NCBI GenBank assembly: GCA_950097015.1
Contig: CATNEN010000001.1
Span: forward strand, 868,001-932,000
DNA: 64,000 nt
Direction of reading: 5' to 3'
DNA from: Macrostomum hystrix
Taxonomy: Eukaryota > Animalia > Platyhelminthes
The first letter of the stretch is position 1, and each line of letters opens with the position of its first letter. Positions 26,717-38,441 of this stretch are shown here, piece by piece. Under the pieces are notes generated by a model that was not told where the DNA came from, searched no databases, and saw nothing but the letters and a program-made list of their open reading frames with translations. A program made the translations under genes and the position numbers.

Positions 26717-28230
26717 GAGTGACAGTAACAGTGACAATCACAGTGAGAGTCACAGTGAGAGTGACAAGAGAAGGATTGAGAGTGACAGTGAGAGTGACAG
26801 TGAGAGTCATAGTGAGAGTCACAGTGAGAGTGACAGTGAGAGTGACAGTGAAAGTGATTGTCAGAGTGACAAGAAAAGGATTGAGAGTGACACTGAGAGT
26901 GACAAGAGAAGGATTGAGAGTGACAGTGAGAGTGACAGTGAGAGTGACAGTGAGAGTGACAGTGAGAGTGAAAGTGAAAGTGATTGTCAGAGTGACAAGA
27001 AAATGATTGAGAGTGACAGTGAGAGTGACAAGAGAAGGATTGAGAGTGACAGTGAGAGTGACAAGAGAAGGATTGAGAGTGACAGTGAGAGTGACAAGAG
27101 AAGGATTGAGAGTGACAGTGAGAGTGACAAGAAAATGATTGAGAGTGACAGTGAGAGTGACAAGAGAAGGATTGAGAGTGACAGTGAGAGTGACAAGAGA
27201 AGGATTGAGAGTGACAGTGAGAGTGACAAGAAAAGGATTGAGAGTGACAGTGAGAGTGACAAGAAAAGGATTGAGAGTGACAGTGAGAGTGACAAGAGAA
27301 GGATTGAGAGTGACAGTGAGAGTGACAAGAGAAGGATTGAGAGTGACAGTGAGAGTGACAAGAAAAGGATTGAGAGTGACAGTGAGAGTGACAAGAAAAG
27401 GATTGAGAGTGACAGTGAGAGTGACAAGAGAAGGATTGAGAGTGACAGTGAGAGTGACAAGAGAAGGATTGAGAGTGACAGTGAGAGTGACAAGAGAAGG
27501 ATTGAGAGTGACAGTGAGAGTGACAAGAGAAGGATTGAGAGTGACAGTGAGAGTGACAAGAAAATGATTGAGAGTGACAGTGAGAGTGACAAGAGAAGGA
27601 TTGAGAGTGACAGTGAGAGTGACAAGAGAAGGATTGAGAGTGACAGTGAGAGTGACAAGAGAAGGATTGAGAGTGAAAGTGACAGTGACGGTGAGAGTGA
27701 CAGTGAGAGTGACAGTGAGAGTGACAGTGAGAGTGACAGTGTGAGTGACAGTGAAAGTGATTGTCAGAGTGACAAGAAATGGATTGAGAGTGACAGTGAG
27801 AGTGACAAGAGAAGGATTGAGAGTGACAGTGAGAGTGACAAGAAAAGGATTGAGAGTGACAGAGAGAGTGACAAGAGAAGGATTGAGAGTGAAAGTGACA
27901 GTGACGGTGAGAGTGACAGTGAGAGTGACAGTGAGAGTGACAGTGAGAGTGACAGTGAGAGTGACAGTGAGAGTGACAGTGAGAGTGACAAGAGAAGGAT
28001 TGAGAGTGAAAGTGACAGTGACGGTGAGAGTGACAGTGAGAGTGACAGTGAGAGTGACAGTGAGAGTGACAGTGAGAGTGACAGTGAGAGTGACAGTGAA
28101 AGTGATTGTCAGAGTGACAAGAAAAGGATTGAGAGTGACAGTGAGAGTGACAGTGAGAGTAATAATGATAGTGATAATTAGAGTGACAGTGAGAGTGATT
28201 GTGATTGTGACAGTGAGAGTGACATTGAGA
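26717..28230. repeat. Compound 12-bp (gagagtgacagt) / 33-bp minisatellite
   Basis: Direct inspection. Confidence 0.95.
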
Positions 28231-28861
28231 ATGAAAGTTAATGTAACATATTTGGCCATTAGTGACTTTCTGAGTGATTGTGCGAGTGATTGTTAGAGAG
28301 TGACTCAAATCACTATATGTCTTAACATGTGGGAGTGAACACAAACTTCTAAATGATTTCCCAGATTTTTTTATAAAGTGATTGCAGCTAATGCGAAAGC
28401 GACATAAAAACCTGGTACGCTTAAGGATGAAATTAGTTGACGTTAGTTAACCTTGATCGCTTGACAGAAGAACTAACTATTCTTTCTGAATTCGTTAAGA
28501 GAGAGAAACGGAGCGAGATCTCCGACCTCTGACACAAAAATTGTTTCAGAATATGTTAATAAAAACTTGGCTTTTCTTTTTGATGCCCTAGCCGACAATT
28601 TTTTCTTCGCCCGAACCTCAAAAAAGTAAAATAAAAATAACTTTTGATCTAGCTGGCATTACGCTCGTATGTAGTATTTTTGTTACGTGAATTGAGCAAT
28701 GTATCGACTGATGTTTGAAAGAAATTAAAATAGGAGAAGAAACTGGCGCTAGGGAACCGCAGAAAGGGAAACTTTCTTTGCATTTCTTTCCTCCAGCAAA
28801 CCGAACAGAAGGCCATGGTTTCCTAGTAGTTTTGGCGTTAAAGCAGACAGAGAACAGTAAA

Positions 28862-30137
28862 AATCCTTCAGGCACCATTCCCAAATCCCTTCACGCCCCA
28901 TTCCCAAATCCCTTCAGCCACCATTCCCAAATTCCTTCACGCCCCATTCCCAAATCCCTTCACGCCCCATTCCCAAATCCCTTCAGCCACCATTCCCAAA
29001 TCCCTTCACGCCCCATTCCCAAATCACTTCAGGCACCATTCCCAAATCCCTTAAGGCCCCATTCCCAAATCCCTCCAGGCACCATTCCCAAATCCCTTCA
29101 GGCCCCATTCCCAAATCCCTTCAGGCCCCATTCCCAAATCCCTCCAGGCCCCATTCCCAAATCCCTCCAGGCACCATTCCCAAATCCCTTCAGGCCCCAT
29201 TCCCAAATCCCTTCAGCCACCATTCCCAAATTCCTTCAGGCACCATTCCCAAATCCCTTAAGGCCCCATTCCCAAATCCCTTAAGGCCCCATTCCCAAAC
29301 CCCTTAAGGCCCCATTCCCAAACCCCTTCAGGCACCATTCCCAAATTCCTTCAGGCACCATTCCCAAATTCCTTCAGGCCCCATTCCCAAACCCCTTCAG
29401 GCCCCATTCCCAAACCCCTTCATCCCCCATTCCCAAATTCTTTCAGGCCCCATTCCCAAATCCCTTAAGGCCCCATTCCCAAATCCCTTCAGGCCCCATT
29501 CCCAAATCCCTTCAGGCACCATTCCCAAATCCCTTCAGGCACCATTCCCAAATTCCTTCAGGCACCATTCCCAAACCCCTTCAGCCACCATTCCCAAATT
29601 CCTTCAGGCACCATTCCCAAATTCCTTCAGGCCCCATTCCCAAATCCCTTCACGCCCCATTCCCAAATCCCTTCAGGCCCCATTCCCAAACCCCTTCAGG
29701 CCCCATTCCCAAACCCCTTCAGGCACCATTCCCAAACCCCTTCAGGCCCCATTCCCAAACCCCTTCAGGCACCATTCCCAAATTCCTTCAGGCACCATTC
29801 CCAAATCCCTTCAGGCCCCATTCCCAAACCCCTTCAGGCACCATTCCCAAATTCCTTCAGGCCCCATTCCCAAATCCCTTCACGCCCCATTCCCAAATCC
29901 CTTCAGGCCCCATTCTCAAATCCCTTCAGGCCCCATTCTCAAATCCCTTCAGGCCCCATTCTCAAATCCCTTAAGGCCCCATTCCCAAATCCCTTCAGGC
30001 CCCATTCCCAAACCCCTTCAGGCCCCATTCCCAAACCCCTTCAGGCACCATTCCCAAATCCCTCCAGGCACCATTCCCAAATTCCTTCAGGCACCATTCC
30101 TAAATCCCTTCAGGCACCATTCCCAAATTCTTTCAGG
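28862..30137. repeat. 22-bp minisatellite (ttcaggcaccattcccaaatccc type)
   Basis: Same family as 14342-14990, inverted. Confidence 0.95.
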
Positions 30138-30204
30138 ACCAAATAATAATCAACAGGACCAACATAGACCAAAATTCTTTCAGTCTATGACACTATAGTA
30201 TAAT

Positions 30205-30530
30205 TTAATAATAACTGCAGGAGGGCTGTGGAAACTGGTACATATATACAGCAGTTAGGTGACAGTTAAGGAGGCAATTCTGTCCATTCCGCTGACTCCT
30301 GAGTACACTCTCACGCAGGTTGTGTACATCTGCCTTGACTTTGTCATCGTCAGGCGGTGTAAACTTCACTGTGCCATGAGGGTTGGCCCTCAAGGGCGTA
30401 AATTGCACGACAAGTCCCAGGCCTTCTCTCCGCGGCTGCGCCCCAATTGTTATGTGGCCTCGCCGCGGAATCGAGCTCAGGGACCTTGGCGCGAGAGGCT
30501 TAGATCGCTTTGCCACTCACCTCATGCCAA
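30205..30530 (-). mobile_element. tRNA-derived SINE family A, most complete copy
   Basis: On the minus strand it has a tRNA-like head (gtgagtggcaaagcg..gagctcgattcc) and an (ATT)n tail. The body recurs near 10.6, 14.3, 31.7, 32.5 and 41.3 kb. Confidence 0.7.
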
Positions 30531-31386
30531 AAACATAGCATACTACGGGCATAAGGGTTCGGACAGCCTTTAGTGCGTGTGCCGGTGAACAAACCTCACC
30601 TACTAAGTACGTACATACGAGAATCAGGGCATTCGTAAAAAATGTAGTTTTTACCAAATAAGCGAATGAGATCGATTTACACAATAAAGGATGACTATTA
30701 TAATAGATAGAAAGCCAATTTGGTTACAACTGGCTTATGCTTCAAAAGTGTACAAATACTTGCAGTAACGTCAGCTCTACCTGAAAAAATTATTTTTATA
30801 CTAATGCAGATCTAGTAGCTCTACTTACTATACACTTCAGTACTGTAAGTGCTAGCTGTGACTTGCGAGTCTGATATCTGGTTCAAATGTACAGTATCAC
30901 CTCTTTTGCTTGTGAACCCTGAAGGTCGGAATTGGGATACAGTATGCAGACAATTTCATGTTTAAAAAATGCGTTTTTAAGGCAGATTTATAAACACAAT
31001 ATCTGTATTTATTTTGTTTATCTGGATTCAAGGACAAAGTAAGCTGCAAATAATTTTATTTGTATTTTATGATCTGTCAGTGTAAACAACGAAACGAAAC
31101 GCGTTTTAAGTGGAATTAAAATGATTTTTTTTCATCAGTGTCACAGTGTATCAGAATGTCATTCATTAGGAGTTACAAACACCCAAATAATGTAGGGAAT
31201 TTATTGTCGTTGAAAATCCGTCAAGAGCTGATGAAAATAGTGTTTATAACAAATAAAACTATAGAGGTGGCAGGAATTCTATCGACTTTCTAGAAATGAG
31301 TTTCACGTTGCACACACGGCAGCTGGCAATTAGCTCTTAACGTCAAACGACAAACACCGTAATTTGATTTCTTACCCCAGGAAAAT

Positions 31387-33151
31387 ATGGACCAATGCGA
31401 CAGCAAAAGCAAGCAGTCTGCAAAGGAGTGTCGAAAGCGAAAGAAACTACGGTACCAAACTCTAGAGGCCATCACCCAGCGAGAGGAGCAGGTCATTGTT
31501 GTTCTCTACCAGGAACTGGAACAGGTAAGGCTTTTTCTTCAACGCAAAAACTATATTTTCTACTTGAAGCAGTCAGTATAGGATATTTTGGCAAATCGGT
31601 GGTGGTTACTGCTGTCCCATTCGGTGTGGTAATGGCTTATATAAAATAGTAGTTTCGAGGAGAACTGTAGGAACTGGCACATTATTTGGTGACAGTGGAC
31701 CCGCAGCCAGCTAGGAGGCAATTCTGCCCATTCCGCTGACTCCTGAGCACACACGCACACAGATACCGTACGCAGGCTTGTCGATCCTGACCTTCTCATC
31801 ATCATCATTTTCGTTTAAACTGTCAGATGAAATCGCTATTCGAGCAGCTTGACAGAGGCGCCCTGACTGTTGCCCAAGCTCGCGTCGAGGTGGCTCGACT
31901 GCGCAGCAAAGCTTCATCGTTGAACCAAGCGTCGACACCACCGAAGCCGCAGCGGCAGTCGAGGTCTGCGGCTAAGCTGCAGCCTCGAAGATTGGCCCCC
32001 ATTGCGGCATCAGCGGGGCAGCCGCTGAAATATACTCAGCATGAGGCTGGAAGTGATTTTGACTCCCATCACCCGATCTCAACAGTTGCGACAGAAACTT
32101 TTATAGCTATGGAGCAGCAATACCAAAATCATGAGCACCATCCACGGTAAGCATTTCAATTTAGTTGTCATGCATACGAGCTATTAAGTAATTTATTGGA
32201 AATAGAATGACCTAACATGTACATCTATACCGCGCTTGACTTAAGTATCGATAAAAATGTAATTTTAACTTGGAATAGAAAAATTATTTGATTAACCTGT
32301 CCCAATCGGGCCGGATGTGCATCCATCTGAAGGCTGTTCAGTCCATGGACTGGGGGAACGCCACACCCATTTAACTGGTACCCATTTAACAGCTGGGGTG
32401 AATTGAAGCAATGCAGAGTTAAGTGTCTTGCTAAAGGACACAAATTGTTCCAGTGAAGTCGGGAATCGAACCCATGATTTTTTAAAGCTGTAAGTGATGA
32501 CGACAAGGTGGCTAAGGGTACTAGAGTATACTCACAGGCGCATATTCTCACAGGTGTGTAAATCTACCCAGACTTTTCCTTTGACACTGAGGCAGTGTTA
32601 CAATCTCTATAGGCGAACAGGAGCTGCCTGATATCCACACCTCGCTTGTTTCCAGGTGTGCATCCGACTTAGCCTCACAACAGCAGCAGCAGCAGCAGCA
32701 GCTCGGATCTGACAAAGCCTTTCAATGTAATGACAACCCAATCGGACGTCTGCAGACACAGTCACGCGATACCGTGATGCAGCACTATCAGACTCAGAAT
32801 CTGCAGCCACAGCAGCAGCAGCATGAGGCCGTACTAAACCAATGTTGCTTGAATCAGCTAGAGTATTACCAACATAATCAGCAACAGCAGCAGTTTTCTG
32901 AGTTCTACTCGGAATATTCATATTCATGGCTCAGCAATACTTGCACATTGGTGGAGCCTCATACGGACATGATCAGTTTCTTTCACCTTGAACAGCAGCA
33001 ACAACAGGAGCAGCAGCAGCAGCAGCAGCAGCAGTTCTGGTGCTCGACGAGTTCAGGCCTGCAGGAATGTGAAGAACTGCAATTTCCCTTGCAGGGATCT
33101 AGCGTGGCAGAAACATTGAGCTACATTAACAATCAAGCATCTATTGCATGA
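31387..33151 (+). CDS. CREBL2: CREBL2/REPTOR-BP-like bZIP factor with Q-rich tail; exons 31387-31524, 31827-32146, 32656-33151 (about 317 aa; an upstream exon is possible)
   Basis: KSKQSAKECRKRKKLRYQTLE..REEQVIVVLYQELEQ/MKSLFEQLDRG matches CREBL2 RSRQSARECRARKKLRYQYLE..RERAICALREELEMYK..MDQG. In-frame junctions CAG|gtaagg..cag|ATG and CG|gtaagc..cag|G. Confidence 0.82.
32298..32473 (-). mobile_element. CORE-like tRNA SINE family B (intronic)
   Basis: Minus strand carries B-box gggttcgattccc followed by CORE-like cctttagcaagacacttaactctgcattgcttca..cagctgttaaatgggtacc. Second copy at 56953-57215. Confidence 0.75.
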
Positions 33152-33789
33152 TGCAGACACCACGGCAGCTAAGCTACATTGCTTCGCCACTTTTTACATG
33201 TAGTCTAAATATTATGCTCAATTTAGTAAATTAAATTTCAGTAATTCTTCTGGAAAGATTGAAATGTAATTGTACTAGCATATAATGCACTTGTATTTGC
33301 TGGTACGTATTTCAGTTAAAAAGAGAGTGGAAGGTCAAAGCAGCCTTACGACGTGCATGGAGTGATGTAAAACTACTGATACACTCGTTGTTCTTATCGC
33401 TGCTCATTAGATTTTCCTTTGTAAAATTAGTTTAACTGCTTTAATTACAATATTATCCTGCTTTCTGAACATTTTCTCTTGCTCCTTGTATATACTACTT
33501 CTCAATACCTTTTTTGTAGTGCAGACAAGTAGTTGGTGCAAAATTAGTTAAAGTGCATATGATAACCAAGGACTGCTAAAGTTGAGTAAAAACAAACAAA
33601 AAATTAAAGCTTGACAGAAATCGATGATGCTGCTAGCATTATTATTAAAAGATGAGCCTCGATCGGCCCACAGTCATTAAAATCGTGCAAAAAAAGATAT
33701 TTACTACCTTCGTCATGTAGTTTTTGTTGGGAGCCAGCCTCCGAAACGTTTTCTAAGAAACAAAAACAACAAAAATACGCTGTCAAGAT

Positions 33790-34230
33790 GGAAAAAGGCA
33801 GCGCCACAGGGCGCCCTATGGCTATCAGGCAGGGCCTCGGACTGCAGGACCGCCCTCACTGCAGAACGAAAGGCAGTCCAGGCGAGCCCGCGCCGACACC
33901 GCAGATCTTCGTGGACGTCAGGTACCAGACCACCGAGGTAGATCTAGACGAACTGCTGAGAACGCGGAAGCTCCGTTGCCTGCTCTTCAGCGCCTCGGCA
34001 GAAAATTGCGGCCTCGATGTGTTGACTACTACCAGGCCGACGCTCACTGCCATGCCAACCAGTTTGTCTTGCTGGGCCTCTACGGTCGAGGACAGCAGGG
34101 CGAGGTCGTCGGCGTAGCCAAGCACGCTGGGCTGCTTTTCCGTTTGACGTCGACCCACGCGTCGACGGAGGAGGAAACCATAGTCGTCGGTAGGCAGATC
34201 GAGTCTGAGAAGCACAGTTTCTCAGCGCCC
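33790..34230 (-). pseudogene. Non-LTR retrotransposon reverse transcriptase remnant
   Basis: GFLLRRRVGRR..SVLGYADDLALLSSTVEAQ..LV..VGLVVN motif; truncated and frameshifted. Confidence 0.75.
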
Positions 34231-34329
34231 GCCGCGGGCCAGCTGGAAGAAAGACGACCGACTTCATGTACTCTACAAGCGGGCGCGACTGATGCGGCCT
34301 AGCTGATCAGGGCTGAAACCTACCGCTCG

Positions 34330-34600
34330 AGCTGGCGCAGGACGCGCTATGTCACGTGCCCGTCGGCCGAATAAGCGGATGGACATCGCCGCCTTGCCGA
34401 GGAGTTGCATCGGCCGGTCCGAGCCGTACGCGAACAACCTGTCAGAGGCTGCTTGCAGACGCGGCCGCTGTTTAAGGCTCTCAAACGACGGGCAGTCCAG
34501 CGCTGTGCATTTGAGTGGCAATCGCTATCGATTACAAACTGGCCGGGAGGCGCGAGAGAAATTTTCTCAGTCATGGTGCACTAGGGGTTCAGTTCTTGCG
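34330..34600 (-). pseudogene. LTR-retrotransposon aspartic protease remnant
   Basis: QFVIDSD..then RPRLQAASDRLFAYGSDRPMQLLGK in a shifted frame, typical of Gypsy protease regions. Confidence 0.5.
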
Positions 34601-35074
34601 ATGCCAAGCACGAGGCCATCTTTAGTGTGCAGCCAAATCTCTCACCTTTACTGCCACGCTGAGCGTGCGTCTATATATTATTAGGGTGGCGACACCCACC
34701 CCGCTCCGCAACCAATCAAACGACCCAGGTGTGCACCTGAGCCTGGTTCACGTGCGTACGCACAATACAATTTGGACTCCACAGGGGCCGGGCAGTCGCA
34801 GACAGTTATGGTCCGTTATGCTGTGCGAGCCTGGAGTTGGTATCATATAAAATCATTATTGTAGCACGCAATGCGGTGCATTAAACGTTAGACAGCGTGC
34901 GTGTAACGCAAGTAGTCTATGGTAGAAACTCAACCGCGCTAAGCGTTTTCATCATGCGTGTAACGCATTTAGCGTGCGTCTAACGCTACAAGCACAAAAA
35001 CAGTTTATTTCAAAAGTGGAACAGATGAAGCATACAACGTTAACAAGTTTTGAGCAAAAGTGTAGTGCCCATTT

Positions 35075-35909
35075 CTACCCATGAAAATTGCAATTGTAGA
35101 CAGGCCCATGGAAATGGTACACGACAGATGGCCGGCGACTCTCTGGTGAATCAGCATTGTCCACTTCATTTATATTTAGTGACTGGCTCACCATCGTTGC
35201 TGCCTCGATCGTAGCCGCCTGCTGTACTGCTTGCACTACCACTCCAGTGGAAGGCGTCGTCCCCATGACGGCGGTTGCGGCTTGTCGGGCTTGAATGACT
35301 TGCTGTTCACTATGAACTGCTGGTCGCTTCTCCGGACCATGTAGAGCGCTGGACAGACTTTTGGACATGCTGCGCATTTCGGCGTCTCGTCGACTTCCGA
35401 ATCGGAGATACCTGTCCACAGTCCTAGTCTGCTTGTGGCCTGTGACTTTGCAAATGTCTGGCACGCTGTATCCAGCGTTCGCCAACTCCTTCACTCCTTC
35501 GCAAGATGCGGTCTAGCTCGTTAGGCGATGCAACCGACAGATCCTGCGGCAGTGACGAGTGAACACCCAAGAAGCGTCGCAAGCGTTGCATCCAATAATC
35601 CGTAGCTCGAACAACACTCTTGCATGTAGTAGCATTGCCCTCCATCTCCGACACAATCTGCTCCAATTCCTACAGCTGGGTCTCCTCCGTTGGTAGCTTC
35701 GAAAACAGAGCATCGAGAAAATCCACATCGGGACCAGCGGTACCATCATCAAGCAGCTTGTTCACCTCCAACTGGTCCAGTGCTTGGTCGATCTGTTGCT
35801 CAGTGAGCCCTGAGATGGCTCCATCAGGAAACTGAGCAAAATCAATATAGCGAACTCTCTTTGCAGGGCTATCTTCTTCCGACATATTTATTCTTTGGGG
35901 AGTGTCCAA
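35075..35909 (-). pseudogene. Internally deleted Crypton-type tyrosine recombinase
   Basis: N-terminal part (..RATDYWMQRLRRFL..SPNELDRILRR) joins directly to YR C-terminal box ELANAGYSVPDICKVTGHKQTRTVDRY, followed by a VYHFHGPVYNCNF tail. One in-frame stop. Confidence 0.75.
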
Positions 35910-36002
35910 TGTGATAAGTACACAGGCTTATATAAGCCCCACAGGCTTGAGCGTGCATTTAACGCAAGTGTCTATGGCCCAGCTTGCATATTATAATGCA
36001 AC

Positions 36003-36058
36003 TAATATATCGCCGCTGAGTGCTTTAACGGCGTTAAGCACTCAGCGGCGATATATTA
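36003..36058. repeat. Perfect 23-bp-arm hairpin upstream of the minus-strand Crypton
   Basis: taatatatcgccgctgagtgctt / aagcactcagcggcgatatatta. Confidence 0.95.
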
Positions 36059-36359
36059 ATCCTACATTGTACTGCAGTCGCTGTTCATCGCGTGTCATTT
36101 ACATCGTTATTATATGTACAAGCAAAAGCGTTGCTGCTTCGTTTATTGTCTATGCCCCAACCTGGCGTATCCCTTAAAGTCTATAACCCGCGCCTGTCGT
36201 TGTATTAGCGTTCGTGTTGCTTGAAGCTGAATATTCATAATCTCGTTTTTTGTCATCCAGAATGAAATATAAAATATACAACTCGAAAAAATACAAATTC
36301 TAGCTCGGTGTTTTGTGTCTATGGTAAAAATACATCCCGGAAAAGACCTTCGCAGGGAT

Positions 36360-37929
36360 TTAAGTAGAAGATAACACATAGAGTTTAGGGATGTATTTAT
36401 TTAAGCCCCGAGGGCCAAAGGCCCGAGGGGTTTAAGAAAAATACATCCCTAAACTCTATGTGTCATCTCACTTAAATTCATGCGCTAAAAATACAACCCG
36501 CAAATTTATGTAACAGTCAGTAAGAAATCTCCGGGTTGTATTTAATTACAACCCGCAAATTGGCCATACACTTCAATACTGTATTGGGGGTGTGGGGGCG
36601 AAGCCTCCACATTCTATACCATAGACATATTTTATTAAGACAGACATAAGACAGATAAATAGCAGCAAAGCCTAACTGAAACAAATTTAACTTGTACTTA
36701 AAAGTTACACTACAGTTTACATCCCTTAACTAATGGCAGAACGAAGACTTATTTTAAACCCGTTAGTTGATTATTCTAGAGAATATGTCGGAGACTATGA
36801 TCCAAATAAGCTTACGATGGACGATTTAGACCTACTGCTGGACGCTGGTGAAGATTTGCGAAACCCTTACGCATTGCAAGAGGTGCGGTCGTCGCGTGAA
36901 GATCCTGGTCCATCAACGCTGCCCAAGGACTTGACTCTCGATATGGTTCGATCAGTTAATGAGTCGACAAAGCCTGCCAATACCGCCAATCGGAACAAGT
37001 GGTCCGCTGGCGTCTTTGATAGGTGGCGCTCTGGCCGTTCCAACGATTCTATTCGTGCTGTGCAAGAACTTAGCGATGATGAGCTAAACGAATTCCTTCC
37101 TGTTTTCATTCATGAAGTTACCCGTGCCGATGGGACTCAATATCCGCCAAACACACTCGTGTCAATTGTTGCTGGTCTGCAACAAACTATCTGCAAGGTG
37201 CGTAAAGTTGATTTATTTCGCAATGAGCGATTCAGCATTGTGCGTGAAAGTCTGGACGCCGCCATGAAGATTGGGATAAGAAATGGCTTAGGACTAGCCA
37301 GGAAATCTGCTGAAGTTGTTGGCTATGAAGATGAGGAGAAACTTTGGGAGAAAGTGTTAGGCGACAAAGATCCTACGAGTCTGATCAGAGCTTTGTTTTA
37401 TCTAAACGGCTTGCATTTTGCTCTACGTGGCGGTGAGGAACATAGTGCCCTGTGCATTTCGCAATTCAGTGTGCAAGAGCGAGAGGGACAGAAATGTATT
37501 GTTTACAAAGAGATGGCCACGAAGACGAATGCTGGTGGATTGCGAGGCTGTATTGGACACTAAAATACTACGCTAGGCTGAGACAGACGCAGCTAGCGTC
37601 CGCGGTGAGCGTCAGCTGAATTTCAGTTTTAATAACTGCTCAGTCATAATAAAAAATTGATTACATGCATGCGATGAACCCAACTGTTAATAACTAAAAA
37701 CTGATCTACCTTAAGTCGAAACAAACTAACTAACAAAAGTAAACTAAGCTACCTTGTTGCCCACCAATAAGACCTGCAAATTTTCGTTTTCCAGTTATAT
37801 TCATAATCTCGTTTTTTGTCATCCAGAATGAAATATAAAATATACAACTCGAAAAAATACAAATTCTAGCTCGGTGTTTTGTGTCTATGGTAAAAATGCA
37901 TCCCGGAAAAGACCTTCGCAGGGATTTAA
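36360..37929 (+). mobile_element. Crypton-like element with a 5' hairpin and TTAA at both ends
   Basis: Hairpin arms 36374-36398 / 36439-36463 around ccgagggccaaaggcccgagg. Contains a YR ORF. Its 133-bp right end (37797-37929) is repeated at 36231-36363. Confidence 0.7.
36733..37563 (+). CDS. Crypton/DUF3504 (ZMYM/QRICH1-like) tyrosine recombinase, C-terminally truncated
   Basis: KPANT..KWSAGVFDRW..ELNEFLPVFIHEV..DGTQYPPNTL..EEKLWE..LFYLNGLHFALRGGEEH..KTNAGGL. Lacks HxxR and the catalytic Tyr. Confidence 0.85.
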   Translation: MAERRLILNPLVDYSREYVGDYDPNKLTMDDLDLLLDAGEDLRNPYALQEVRSSREDPGPSTLPKDLTLDMVRSVNESTKPANTANRNKWSAGVFDRWRSGRSNDSIRAVQELSDDELNEFLPVFIHEVTRADGTQYPPNTLVSIVAGLQQTICKVRKVDLFRNERFSIVRESLDAAMKIGIRNGLGLARKSAEVVGYEDEEKLWEKVLGDKDPTSLIRALFYLNGLHFALRGGEEHSALCISQFSVQEREGQKCIVYKEMATKTNAGGLRGCIGH

Positions 37930-38109
37930 TATTCCTTTTTGCATCCAAATAGACACTGCGAGCACTCAATTTAACACCAAGTGGCAGAACGCATGCGCTG
38001 CAGTCGCTGCTGCCTCATGTCTGTGGCCAAAAGTGTGGTGAAGGAGCAGCCAATTTAACACTCGGGGCACCAATTTCGTCCTTGTGTTAACTCTCTTTAT
38101 TACACCTTT

Positions 38110-38345
38110 TTGCGTTCAATTTCAACAAAGCTGAAGTTCAATTTAGACAATTCGAAATTCAAATTCGACACTCTATTTTTAGTTTCCAACTCGACCTTTC
38201 AATTTAGACAACCTGCAACCAAATTCGCCAGTGCATATTCAATTTAGACACTTCCCGAAAGACACTGTCAATGTCTATGGTAAAAAGCGACCACGGGGCT
38301 AAAATTCCATTCAAATTAGACAAACTGCAGTCAATTTCGACCATA
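38110..38345. repeat. Dispersed ttcaatttagaca-type motifs upstream of the transposase (probable subterminal binding sites)
   Basis: About 8 imperfect copies such as ttcaatttagaca and tcaaattcgaca. Confidence 0.6.
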
Positions 38346-38441
38346 GAATTTAAGTTTCTGTACCCGTTTCGCTCTTCAAACTGTCAGTCCCTTTTTTCAG
38401 CGTATATACTTTCCAGTCAATTTTTTTCTGTAAACAAACAA

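Noticed and set aside
26664-28344. SD-repeat / His-Cys-rich ORFs resembling adhesins or dentin proteins
   Set aside because: They are open in several frames on both strands because of a 12/33-bp repeat; no signal peptide or unique domain.
30450-30530. tRNA gene
   Set aside because: Only degenerate A/B boxes attached to a SINE body; no cloverleaf.
38271-38441. N-terminal extension of the transposase ORF
   Set aside because: It runs through subterminal repeats; the ATG at 38442 is the more plausible start.
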